DNA of 64,000 nucleotides from Mobula hypostoma (taxonomy: Eukaryota), in the NCBI RefSeq assembly GCF_963921235.1, contig NC_086101.1, forward strand, positions 30,194,001 to 30,258,000. The letters are read 5' to 3'. The translations under genes were made by a program, and so were the position numbers. The notes beneath the pieces are model-generated. The model worked only from the letters and a program-made list of their open reading frames with translations. It was not told the origin of the DNA and searched no databases. Below are positions 24,901-36,464 of this stretch, one piece after another (the first letter of the stretch is position 1; each line of letters begins with the position of its first letter).

Positions 24901-25931
24901 GGGGTACCGCAGGGCTCAGTGCTGGGACCCCAGTTGTTTACAATATATATTAATGACTTAGATGAGGGAATTAAATGCAGCATCTCCAAGTTTGCGGATG
25001 ACACAAAGCTGGGTGGCAGTGTTAGCTGTGAGGAGGATGCTAAGAGGATGCAGGGTGACTTGGATAAGTTAGATGAGTGGGCAAAGTCATGACAGATGCA
25101 ATTTAATGTGGATAAATGTGAGGCTATCCACTTTGGTGGCAAAAACAGGAAAACAGATTATTATGTGAATGGTGGCCGATTAGGAAAAGGGGAGGTGCAA
25201 CGAGACCTGGGTGTCCTTATACACCAGTCATTGAAAGTGGGCCTGCAGATACAGCAGGCAGTGAAAAAGGCGAATGGTATGCTGGGATTTATAGCGAGAG
25301 GATTCGAGTACAGGAGCAGGGAGGTACTACTGCAGTTGTACAAGGCCTTGGTGAGACCACACCTGGAGTATTGTGTGCAGTTTTGGTCCCCTAATCTGAG
25401 GAAAGACATCCTTGCCATAGAGGGAGTACAAAGAAGGTTCACCAGATTGATTCCTGGGATGTCAGGACTTTCATATGAAGAAAGACTGGATGAACTAGGC
25501 TTATATTCGTTGGAATTTAGAAGATTGACGGGGAATCTTATTGAAACGTATGAAATCCTAAAGGGATTGGACAGACTAGATACAGGAAGATTGTTCCCGA
25601 TGTTGGGGAAGTCCAGAACGAGGGGTCACAGTTTGAGGATAAAGGGGAAGCCTTTTAGGACCGAGATTAGGAAAAACCTCTTCGCACAGAGAGAGGTGAA
25701 TCTGTGGAATTCTCTGCCACAGGAAACAGTTGAGGCCAGTTCATTGGCTATATTTAAGAGGGAGTTAGATATGGCCCTTGTGGCTAAAGAGATCAGGGGG
25801 TATGGAGGGAAGGCTGGTACAGGGTTCTGAGTTGTATGATCAGCCATGATCATACAGAATGGCGGTGCAGGCTCGAAGGGCCGAATGGCCTTCTCCTGCG
25901 CCTATTTTCTACGTTTTCCATGTTTTCTATG
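21912..25931 (+). mobile_element. near-complete CR1 LINE (ORF1 zipper plus SGNH esterase; ORF2 APE-RT)
   Basis: CARCAEMQLLRDRVREL; EVVVHIGNNDIG; NARN..NK/GITETWL/YRPP/MGDFN/KSDHN; [31 protein letters not shown]; ttctatgt-type tail. Confidence 0.95.
22799..25830 (+). pseudogene. CR1 ORF2 (endonuclease plus reverse transcriptase), disrupted
   Basis: ORF-track pieces join with one stop at 23978-23980, one frameshift near 24290-24300 and one stop at 25090-25092. Confidence 0.9.
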
Positions 25932-25974
25932 TAATAATTTGGATGCTAGCATTGTGGCTTTATTACCAAGTTTC

Positions 25975-26560
25975 CCGATGATCCGAAGATAGGTGGCACA
26001 GCAGGTAGTGTTGAGGAAGCAGAGATTCTGCAGACAGACATACCCAAATTAGCAGAATGGTCACTTAAATTTGTTAAGAAAAATGTGCTGATATTGGAAA
26101 GTGTCTACAGCAGTTTAGGAGAATGATTGCGGGAATGAATTGGTTAACATATGAGGACCATTTTCTGTCTCTGGGCCTGTACTCGCGGGACCTCAGAAGA
26201 ATGGGGTGGGCAATCTTATTGAAACCTGTCGTATAGTGAATGAGAGGATGGAGAGAGAATGAGTCTTATAGTGGAGGAGTCTTCGGACCACCGGACACAG
26301 GCCGAGAATTGGGGGGCATTCACTTAGAACAAAAATAAAGAGAAATTTCTTTAGCCAAAAGGGAGAAAACCATGAAATTTATTCACACAAACGGCTGTGG
26401 ATGGTAAGTCGTTGGATATACTGAAAGCGGAGGTTTCATGAATAGTAAGAGCGTCAAATGCTCCGTCGAAAAAAGCAGGAGAATGGGGTTGAGAGGGATA
26501 ATAATCTTCCAGTATGATGACTGTGCGATTGGAGGCAGTGGGGGCAGCCAAATGTCTTTA
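25975..26560 (+). mobile_element. old CR1 3' fragment
   Basis: ccgatgatccgaagataggtggc (ADDxKIGG) through a degenerate RT C-terminal region and 3' UTR. Confidence 0.65.
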
Positions 26561-26801
26561 GTAAACAATAAGTCTTTGTTAAACGCAATTTAACAAACGC
26601 TGCTGGACAAAACGAATTTAAAGTACCGCATATGAAATCCCCCTTGACAACAACCGTATTATTTTATTTATTCCCTTAATCTGATTACATATCTATTCCT
26701 CACCGGAAATTACAAAACTAACATTGCACATGATCCTCATATATGTATTCACGTATGGTTGAATGACAATTATTCTTGAACTTAAACTTAATCAGCTATG
26801 A

Positions 26802-26855
26802 CAGGGGTCGCCAACCTTTTTGCCACTGCGGACCGGTTTAATATTGACAATATCA
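26802..26855 (+). mobile_element. hAT/Charlie-like terminal fragment
   Basis: caggggtcgccaacctttttg...gcggaccgg resembles a hAT terminal inverted repeat start; no partner TIR found. Confidence 0.45.
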
Positions 26856-26859
26856 TCGT

Positions 26860-27370
26860 AAGCAGCAGTGGTCCCAACACCGATCCATGTGGAACTCTAC
26901 TGGAAACCAGCAGTCAGCCAGAATAGGATCTCTTTATTCCCACTCTGTTTTTTGCCGATCAGCCAATGCTCCACTCATGCTCGTAAGTCACCATCTTGCT
27001 CAGCAGCCTCATGTGCTGCACCTTGTCAAAAGCCTTCTGAAAAGCCAAGTACACCGCATCCACTGCATCTCTTTGGTCTACCCTGCTTGTAACTTCCTTA
27101 AAAAATTGTAGTAGTTAGTTAGGCAGGAGTTTCCTTTCAGGAACCCATGATGGTTTTGGCCTATCGTATCATGTGCCTCCAGGTACTCCGTAATCCCATC
27201 CCTAATAATCGATTCCAACAACTTCCCAACCGCTGATGTCAAGATAACAAGACTTTAGATTCCTTTCTGCTGCCTTCTACCCTCCTTAAATAGCGGAGTA
27301 ACATTTCCAGTTCTCTAGTCATGCGATACAACGCCAGAATATACCAATTCTTAAAAGATCATTGTTTATT
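26860..27370 (-). mobile_element. CR1 RT fragment
   Basis: Antisense RT signature ccttgtcaaaagccttctgaaa, gactttagattcctttctgctgcc; same region as the 7750-8300 copy. Confidence 0.7.
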
Positions 27371-27943
27371 CCATCTGCATTATCCTATGCATGCATCTGC
27401 AAACGAATATAAGCCTTATAAATAGTTCTCTTTTTTATATGCTTGTTTGTCGCTTTAGTGTGTTTTTCAAGGATAGCGTTTCTTAAACATATCTGAGAAA
27501 TTTTCAACGTGCGCCACAGTATTCGAGTGATTTATTTTTATTGCTGTTTTACATTATGTGATAAATTACGCTTCAGAACTTAGGTATTAGTGATACGTGG
27601 CAGACATAAAATACGGCGGAGAACAATACTTGGTACAACGAAAGTAAAACAAATGGCCTTTACTCCACAGATCATGCCGTGAAGGTATGTTCAACTAATA
27701 TTTGGATACACCATCAGTTCTCATCTGTTGTCAAATGAAAATGATGAAATACCTGTGTACAGTTTATCAATCTAACCGTGTTCATATGCTTACAGAAAAC
27801 ATTGCGCAACTGATGTATCATAGTAATCTCAATCTCGTATGTGACAATTCCCATTGGAAGGTCCTCTGAAACATAAGTAACAGCAAATTTAAAAATTGTG
27901 ATATTCGTGTAGTTGTTGGACTATACAGAAACATAGCTTCTTT

Positions 27944-30587
27944 ATGGTTATGGAAAAACATATAATCCAACAGATAAAAGCAATTTACTATCCAATGCTT
28001 GGCGCAATTGGGATTCCAGGTAAGTTGTTTATAAAAATGTATTTTAACATGCGTCACTTTCGACAGTATCAATCAACGACAAAACTGTCTATGAAAAAGA
28101 GTTTTTCAATTCCTTCGGAATACTACAGCTAACGCCATTCCGATATATAAATAACATTGACTGGCTATCATCAAAGAGTAAATGGTTCGGTAGTACTTTA
28201 TACTTTATACTTTATTGTCGCCAAACAATTGACACTAGAACGTACAATCATCACAGCGATATTTGATTAATATCGTTTCTAGGTAGTTTGAACACTGCAT
28301 TGAGAGAGCAAAATGAAAACATGTGAAAGTACTTATGAACGGACGAAATGATGTATTTCATTTTATTCATGTCCAAACTGCAACACGTTTCCGCTCCTAC
28401 AAGATAAGAGTCTGCTCTATGAAGGGCGGATTTCACGCTTCAAAGGAAGGATTGATTTAAGACTGCAGAATTTCGCACATTTTTCGTGTTTTCCTTAAAC
28501 GCCAGTGAATACTTTCTGCCTAAGGGAAAGTCAATATCCCGTGCCTAACTAATTATTGTGCGTAGCGTTAAGGTAGTTACTAATTTCAATTTCCAAAGTC
28601 ATGGTAGAAACTAACCTGTAAGGCGGTGATTCCCTTTTCATGTTAATACTCGGTACGCTCTATCTTAATCATGCAATGCAGCTGATCAATGCATACACCT
28701 GGCAGTAATTAATATTTTCAATTTGATGAAAACTGAGCTATTACTCAAAACAACTTTGTGATACTGGATAGATTTACATTGCAGTACTATTTGAAAAAGA
28801 TAGTAACATGAGCTCAACCGGTCAGATACAACGAAAACTTCCAACTAGGTGATAAGTTTAACAAACTGTGGAATTGCGACATTCTAACTATAATTACCTT
28901 TTAATATATACAAAATAAATGTATATTGGGATCACATGAAGCAAGGTTTTTCCACGTATATTCACATTTGCAAAGTGATTTGAGCACTTCATGTAAATAT
29001 TTATCAGAATGTAACAGATTCACTGGGACGATAGTTGAATAGATTTTAAGATGTCAGGATATTGTATTCACTTTTTGGTAATACATTAAAGTACACATTC
29101 CCCTTCGAGACTGGAAACCAATGTATTTCAAAAGATAACCACTCAGTCCATTCAAAACTGCATTGCCTTTATTCAGAAATAATTGATGGCAGTGGATTTC
29201 TGATATCTGGAGACAAAGTGCGATGCAATCATATTTTTAAAATAAATTCCAACACTGTTAAAAGAAAATGGATATCCCTAAGCCTGGTTAATATACAGTA
29301 TGTTTAGACAGACGGGAACACAGCAAACTGGGACTTCTTAAACCGAAGAAAATGTTGACAATATCGATTGGTGGGGGCGGGGGGAGAACAAATCTTTAAC
29401 ATTTGCTACGAAAATGATTTTTCCACGTTTTGTTGTTTTTTTAAGTGCACTGCACAGCCAATTGCGAATTTCGGATCTAGAACAAAATATGAGAATAAAT
29501 TACCCATCATTTTGGAATATTGTTTCAATGTTGTTGAAGTTAATTCATTAGCACTGACTCGGTAAAAATTAAAAATAAACACAACCGAAAAATTCTGACA
29601 ACCAAACGCACTAGATTCTCGACTGATTTGCGTTTCTAAAGTAATATATTTTCTTTGTTGGCAGCTAATTTGGTTGCAATTCTCATCCTGACATCCGGAA
29701 AATGCGGTCTCTCCAGATGCATCATCATGTACCTGGTATGGATGGCAGTAGCTGACCTCATGGTTTTGATAAGTAATGTAATGTTGAATGAACTGAAAGA
29801 AGCGTATTTTCCATATTCGTTCCTCAATTACACTCCTATTTGTAGTCTTATTATACAATTGATGTATATTACTCTTGATTTCTCTGTATGGTTAACTGTC
29901 GCTTTCACATTTGATCGATTTATTGCTATTTCCTGTCAGTCATTACGAACAAAATATTGTACTCCCAAAAATGCATCGAAGGTTATAGCAATCGTGTTTA
30001 TTTTCGGCATCATAGAAAATATTCCTATTTATTTTATATTTGAACCTCGGCGTATAATTAACCAGATGCCATGGTCATGTTTTATGAAAGCAAGTTTCTA
30101 CACCAGACCCTCCTGGATTGCGTACTTATGGATAGAAACAGCAATAACCCCATTTACACCGTATCTGTCCATTATTATTCTTAATTCTATAACCATAAAG
30201 AACATTGTAATGTCCAACAGAGTCAGAAGCAAACTACGAGCAAGTAACAAGGAGAGTTGTCAGAATGATCAAGAATCTGGTAACAGAAGGAAATCGATTA
30301 TTCTTCTAATTGCAATATCTGCCAATTTTGTTCTCTTATGGATGGTAAATCTGGCATGTTTCATTTACGTACAGTTTACAGACACCCAGTTTATGAAAAG
30401 AGATATGTTCAACTCTTTCGCAATTGCAGAAAATTCTGGCTACATGTTACGGTGCCTGAGCGCGTGTACAAACACCTTCATTTATGCAATATCTCAGAAA
30501 AAGTTTAGGGAGGAATTGAAGAATAAGATAAAATATGTACTTTTTTTCTGTACTGGTAACTTATGGGAGCGTTGTGTGGTTGTTTAG
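27944..30587 (+). CDS. GPR139/GPR142-like orphan class A GPCR, copy A (join 27944-28019, 29665-30587; 332 aa)
   Basis: Exon 1 MVMEKHIIQQIKAIYYPMLGAIGIP-G|gtaagt; acceptor ttttctttgttggcag|CT; 7 hydrophobic segments, PAN (N1.50), MAVAD, TM3 and ECL2 Cys, TFDRF, TM7 NTFIY, helix 8 KKFREEL. Confidence 0.9.
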
Positions 30588-31572
30588 CGCTTAGCTACCT
30601 ATGTGTAAAGTTGATAAAGTTAGCACATTTGAACTGAACGGAAATGATACTCTTAATGTATTAATGTGTGGCGTGTTGTCCATTGCTGAAATTTCCTGAA
30701 ATTTATTATTGTTTTCTGTTACACAAAAATAATCAGTGAAACAATGCGAGCGATGTGTTCTCTGAGTTGAAATAAAGAATTTAAACAGATTCATTTCAGA
30801 CAGAACAGCCTGAAGGATCACTTCAGTGTCATAAAATATCTGATTTACGAAGGGAGGTCATCATAGATAAGTAAACATAAAGCATAGAACTCAAAAACAC
30901 AATAACAAGGCAACAAAGCTACCAATGCAAACTAATCCGCATGAACTGACAAGTCAGACAGTTATCTGCCCTTTCTGTATTGTTAAAAATGCTTTAGAAG
31001 TTTCTGTTTTAATAGTTTCAACCTCATCGCATATGGGTAATTTCCAGGCACGTAACATTGTCTGAGTTGAAAAAAAATACCACGATCACCCTTTAATTAG
31101 ATTACTGGCAGAATAAATGGATGCATCCTGGTATTTGCAATACCAATCAGAAAATAAAATATAGATTGATTAATCCACAAGCGATTTTGTAAACTACTAT
31201 CCGTTCAACATCAGTTTTTAAAGGCCCAGAGCAAAGAAGCTAATTGGTCGAGCACTTCTCATGGCTCATGATCAGTAATCCCACCAAAATTCTGATGGAT
31301 TTCCTGTGAATGCTTTCTATAGCCTTTATATCCTCCCTATAATGCAAACGGAAGAATGCACATTTTACTCCAAATATACAGATCTTCTCTTATTTGTGAT
31401 TTACTCCGAATGTGTTTCAACAAATGTTCTGTGGAACAACAACGTTACTTCTCGATTTTCTAGTATCTCAGATTGATTAAGGACTGTTTTTTTCACTACT
31501 TTTCCCACATTGGGCGAATCTATAGTTTGACCCTCAAATTCCCGAGTACATCAGTATTCCAAAAGGTCATAC

Positions 31573-33457
31573 TGTCATGGTCCGGTCCGTGATGTCCGCA
31601 TTCCGGTTCACGGTCCGGTCCGTGGACTCAGGACTCCGGGTTTTCCAGCTGTCCTTTGTTTTGGTTGGGTTAATCATAAGCACCTGATTCCCATGGCTTG
31701 GAAAATAAGTGGCCTTGGGGTCGGGTGTGGGCTGCTGGTTTGCCTTGTCAAGATTACCTGGGAGCAACATACCGGTGGAAGGCTAGAGCGGCGACCTGCC
31801 ATCTTTAGGCTGCGTCGGTAACCATCGCCTCATGGAGCCCTGCTATCAGTAGTCGGAGGTGTGTTTGCGGTATGGATTCGTCCGTTTCCTGGGTCAGCTG
31901 ACTGGCCGTCACCCACTCCGAGCTAGGTAGGGATTCGGCTGTTTCCGTAGCCAGCCGAGGTTGCTGGCCGTAACTGCGACTCGGAGCAACCCCAATGTGG
32001 AGATGGAACTGTCTGTCGTTCCTCGGTGTTTGTAGCTTCTTGTCTTCGCCTCCGTGGGTAAGTCAGACCGTTTCGCCGTTACCCAGCGGGGGGCGGGGTT
32101 TGGATCTGTCTTGTCTTGTCTTTGCCTCTGTTGGGTAAGGCCGGCCGTTCTGCCGTTACCCGACGGATGGGCCTGTCCCACCTTGGTGTCGTGTTAAAGA
32201 GGAGACCAGCTTTTCGTAGGATAAGTCCCGGCTCTATGTTTGATGTACAGTTCCCAGTCTGTCTCCGAGTTCCAGCTCAAAGTTATCAGCCTCCGCATTC
32301 CAAGGCCCCAGCTCCCAGCCTGCAGCCACAAGACGCAAGCCCCCAGCCTGCAGCCTCAAGACCCAAGACCCCAGCCTGTCTCCAAGCTCAGGCCTCAAGG
32401 CCCCAGCCTGTCTCCAAGCTCAGGCCTCAAGGCCCCAGCCTATCTCCAAGTTCAAGCCTCAGGACCGCAGCCTGTCTCCAAGCTCAAGCCTCAGGACCGC
32501 AGCCTGTCTCCAAGCTCAAGCCTCAGGACCGCAGCCTGTCTCCAAGCTCAAGCCTCAGGACCGCAGCCTGTCTCCAAGCTCAAGCCTCAGGACCGCAGCC
32601 TGTCTCCAAGCTCAAGCCTCAGGACCGCAGCCTGTCTCCAAGCTCAAGCCTCAGGACCGCAGCCTGTCTCCAAGCTCAAGCCTCAGGACCGCAGCCTGTC
32701 TCCAAGCTCAAGCCTCAGGACCGCAGCCTGTCTCCAAGCTCAAGCCTCAGGACCGCAGCCTGTCTCCAAGCTCAAGCCTCAGGACCGCAGCCTGTCTCCA
32801 AGCTCAAGCCTCAGGACCGCAGCCTGTCTCCAAGCTCAAGCCTCAGGACCGCAGCCTGTCTCCAAGCTCAAGCCTCAGGACCGCAGCCTGTCTCCAAGCT
32901 CAAGCCTCAGGACCGCAGCCTGTCTCCAAGCTCAAGCCTCAGGACCGCAGCCTGTCTCCAAGCTCAAGCCTCAGGACCGCAGCCTGTCTCCAAGCTCAAG
33001 CCTCAGGACCGCAGCCTGTCTCCAAGCTCAAGCCTCAGGACCGCAGCCTGTCTCCAAGCTCAAGCCTCAGGACCGCAGCCTGTCTCCAAGCTCAAGCCTC
33101 AGGACCGCAGCCTGTCTCCAAGCTCAAGCCTCAGGACCGCAGCCTGTCTCCAAGCTCAAGCCTCAGGACCGCAGCCTGTCTCCAAGCTCAAGCCTCAAGA
33201 CCCCATCCTCCCGTCCTGTAGTTAAGTCATGTCCTTGCCTGGTTCTGGGGCCCGAGCCCGAGGCAAGACCCAGGTTCTGGGTCCTTTTCCAGTCTCTGGC
33301 TTGGAGCCCAATCTAGGCACCTGGTTCATAGTTCCTTGTCCAGTTTCCCATTTTCTTGACCATGTCCTAGCCCAGGTCCTGCATCCTTGTCCTGGTCCTA
33401 GTACTTCAGTGTCTGTGTCTTACATCTGGTTCCGTTCCCCACGCCTCCACTGTGATA
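31573..33457 (+). mobile_element. LTR-like element (probable long solo LTR) containing a minisatellite
   Basis: Starts TGTCA, ends TGATA, 5-bp TSD CATAC (31568-31572 and 33458-33462); CpG/GC-rich; no second LTR or pol seen. Confidence 0.7.
32373..33204 (+). repeat. 32-bp minisatellite, 26 units (22 identical)
   Basis: Unit agcctgtctccaagctcaagcctcaggaccgc; identical units 32469-33172, three variant units before and one after. Confidence 0.97.
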
Positions 33458-33549
33458 CATACAATCTACTTTGTATCTTAATCTTCGACTTAACTGTCCA
33501 AAGTCGATCCCATAATTATCATGAGATCATGACAAAATCTTCAGGGCAC

Positions 33550-34055
33550 ATGACCAGATCATGATGATTAGCATTAACAAAATTTCCAGGGCTTTCCATA
33601 CGTACATACGTGAAGAAAAGGAAGTTAAAACAAGTGAAGCAAGGGCGGATCAGGATTAAAGAGGGAAACATGTGATTGCAGTCGGAGAGGATAGAAGAGG
33701 TCCTGAATAAATAATTTGGTTTAAAGCTCACTAGCGAGTTCCTTGCAGAAGATGTGGTCAGCGTGGAAGTACCGAATGTCCTGGGGAATATCGAATTTAA
33801 GAAAGAGACAATTTTAGAGCTTTTAGAAAACAAAAAATCAGAAGAAGAATTCCACGGTGCTGGACAGGATACCCCAGGTTAGTAGGGGAAGCGATGGAAG
33901 ATATTAGTGTGGTGTTAACGTCGACCGTTACTTCATTTAAACCACAGAGGTAGCACCAGAGAATTGGAGACCAAATGCTGTTCCTTTGTTTCAGAAAGTT
34001 AACAAATGGTGCTTGTACACAGTGAACCTTATGCCAGCGGTGGGCTAAATATTGA
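33550..34055 (+). mobile_element. old CR1 tether/RT fragment
   Basis: Degenerate match to CR1 ORF2 (ggacaggatacccc...agggaagcgatggaag...aattggaga...gttcctttgtttcagaaag). Confidence 0.55.
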
Positions 34056-34056
34056 C

Positions 34057-34290
34057 CATAAGACTATAAGAGCATAAGATATAGGGTGCGAATAAAGCCA
34101 TTTTGCCGATCAAGTCTGGTCCGCTGATTTATTTACTTTCTTAACGCCAGTCATCAGCCTTCTCCCCATATACCTTCATGTCCCGAGGTACAAGCATCTG
34201 CCTTAAACATATCCAATAACTTCGCCTCCACAGCCGAGTGTGGCAAGGAATTCCACAGATTCACCACACTCTGGCTGAAGAAATTCCTTT
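34057..34290 (-). mobile_element. CR1 3' end
   Basis: ORF 34154-34381 (-) EMKRNFFSQSVVNLWNSLP; ataagactataagagcataagatatagg tail. Confidence 0.75.
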
Positions 34291-34294
34291 TCAT

Positions 34295-35025
34295 TTCGAG
34301 CAACACACAAAAAATGCTGGATGATCTCAGCAGCCAGTAAACATGTGTGGAGAAGAGTAAACAGACGACGTTTCGGGCCAAACCCCTTCTTCAGTACTGG
34401 AAAGAAATAGGAGAAATCGATGTAACAATGTCATGGGAGGGGAGGAAGAAGCAGAAGGCGGTCGGTGCTAAGTGAAAGCGGGAAAGGAGGAGGGATGAAA
34501 TAAAGTGCTGGGAACTGGATGGGTGAAAGAGATATAGGGTTGACGAAGGGGCAGCTGACAGGAGAAGACAGAAGGCCATAAAATAAAAGGAGGAGGAGGA
34601 GCGCCGCAAGTGGGTAAGTAAATAACGTGAGAAGTGGAAACTGGAATGGGGAATAGTGAAGGAAGGAGGCAAATACCAGAAGAAAGAGAAATTTTTGCTC
34701 ATGCCAACAAGTTCGAGGCTTCCCAGACGGAAGATGAGGCGTTGCTCCTCCGACCTGAAAGTGGCCCCATCGCGGGAGTAGAGGAGGAAATGGACTGACA
34801 CATCGGAATGGGAATGGAAAATAGAACTGAAACGGGTAGCCTCCGGGAGATCCCGCTTTTTCTGGCGGATGGAACGAAGGTACCTTGTGAAGCAGTTTTT
34901 CAAACTACGTCATGTTTCACTGATTCACAGGAGGCCACACCAGGAGCACCGGATAGAGTAGATGACTCCAACAGACTCGCTGGTGAACTGTCGGCTCACC
35001 TGGAAGGTGTATTTAGGGACTTGCC
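34295..35025 (-). mobile_element. Penelope-like element 3' part (GIY-YIG C-terminus plus terminal repeat)
   Basis: ORF 34391-34903 RSIRQKKRDLPEATRFSSIFHSHSDVSVH...EEQRLIFRLGSL; hammerhead core at 34363-34398 with decayed stem I. Confidence 0.8.
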
Positions 35026-35261
35026 GCATTATATGCTGGAAGTGGAGGCTAGTGGGGTAGTAAGTGAGGACAAGTTGAACCGTCAACAATTTACAATCCT
35101 GGACGTAATGCCTCTAGAGATTAAAGTAAAGTGATTTCATCTCAATTAGCGGTTCTCTTTGTGCCCGGCACCATCTTGCGAACAGGAAGTGAGGTTTTGT
35201 GACAATGATCTGATTACCACCTGGACGTTATGATTAAAACAACATATATCAAATACGAAAG

Positions 35262-35352
35262 CAAATGATAATGATGATGATAGTGATAATAATAATAACA
35301 ACAACAATGATGATGATATTAACAACAACAGCAACAATAATAGTAATAATAA
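35262..35352. repeat. compound (AAT/GAT/AAC)n trinucleotide microsatellite
   Basis: gataatgatgatgatagtgataataataataacaacaacaatgatgatgat...aataatagtaataataac. Confidence 0.9.
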
Positions 35353-35374
35353 CCTGCCATTACAAGTGAAAGAA

Positions 35375-36420
35375 TCCATTATAACCGTCCGGATATAATA
35401 CTACAGGATCAACAAAAAATAACAACTTACTTAATAGATATTACCATTTCGAACACACACAATATACAGAAAACTATAACTGAAAAACATCAAAAATGTG
35501 TTGAATCAAAAGAGAATATCGAAAGATTATGGAGCACGCAAGGCGTGTACTATGTCCCGATTGTAATATCTGCAACCGATATCCTCCCAAAACTATTTAA
35601 TAGCATTAAACATTTTGAACTACATAGCAATGTCTAAGCATATCGTCAGAATGGCGGAGGGAGGAGAAGGTGGCGGCGCGAAGCAGCTCGCAGCAGCCAA
35701 TCCGGTGGTGATGTCCGTTATTTGTCAAGTAGGATGCCGTGCCCAATCCTGATTTGATGGAGACGGTCGTGATAGCACGGAGGAACATCCGGTGAAATTT
35801 CTTAAATGCCTGCTTCGCTGCTGCTGCTACTGTATGGTCCAGAATCTCCGGAGGGGAAGGCCCCGACTTCTCGGTTTGCTTGTTGCTCAGCTGCCGGTGC
35901 AGGGTCGAAGCGCTCAGCAGAGGATGGTGCTGGGATAGACTGTGTCAGAGGCTCGAAGTTTTCGGACGGACTCAGAGTCCAATGGTGCTGCATCGGCAAG
36001 TTTGCGGCGCTTGGAGGTTCATGGCAGGGACAGTTTCTCCCTTCTACCGCCTGCGTGAGATGATGAGGCTATCGAGACTTTAAGTCTTTTTCTTTACTGT
36101 GCCCATGGTCTACTCTTTATCAAATTATGGTCTTGCTTTGCACTGTTTTAACTGTATGTTATAATTATGTAGTTTTGTAAGTTGTAGTCTTGGTTTCTCC
36201 GGTGTTTTTCTTGTGATATCATTATGGAGGAACTTTGTATCAATTTTTTTAAATGCATGCATTTCTAAATGACTATAAGCGAGGACCGAGTGTCCTCATA
36301 ATCTAATCTAAATATAACATACCATTAGAATAGTCCAAAAGTTTCTAGCTATTGAGAAATGAGTGTGCTTGTCTATACTCGTACCTCAGGATTGACAAGC
36401 TTGAACTGAGAAAAAATGAA
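35375..36420 (+). mobile_element. R4/Dong-clade RLE retrotransposon 3' end, copy 1 (interrupted at ~35640-36312)
   Basis: NRPDIILQDQQKITTYLIDITISNTHNIQKTITEKHQK...RLW...VPIVISAT (PD..D/E-xK endonuclease); resumes taccattagaatagtcc...ctgagaaaaaa. Confidence 0.8.
35640..36312 (+). mobile_element. unclassified non-autonomous retroelement
   Basis: GC-rich 5' half, T-rich 3' half, hairpin gaggac-cgagt-gtcctc (36281-36297) then (AATCT)n tail; nested in Dong-like copy 1. Confidence 0.55.
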
Positions 36421-36464
36421 TAAAACAATATTCATCATCTTCATCATCATTTTCATAATCTACA

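Noticed and set aside
23164-25442. Long minus-strand ORFs (258, 134, 93 aa), and similar antisense ORFs over other CR1/Rex1 copies
   Set aside because: Antisense shadows of LINE ORF2, a common feature of these families
32373-33204. CRISPR-like array
   Set aside because: Pure tandem repeat with no unique spacers; eukaryotic context, no cas genes
32116-33316. Two long ORFs (369 and 358 aa) with a 32-aa repeat
   Set aside because: Artefact of a stop-free 32-bp unit inside an LTR-like element; no credible start context or splice structure
35146-35379. Poly-Leu 'signal peptide/TM' ORF on the minus strand
   Set aside because: Translation of the AAT/GAT/AAC microsatellite
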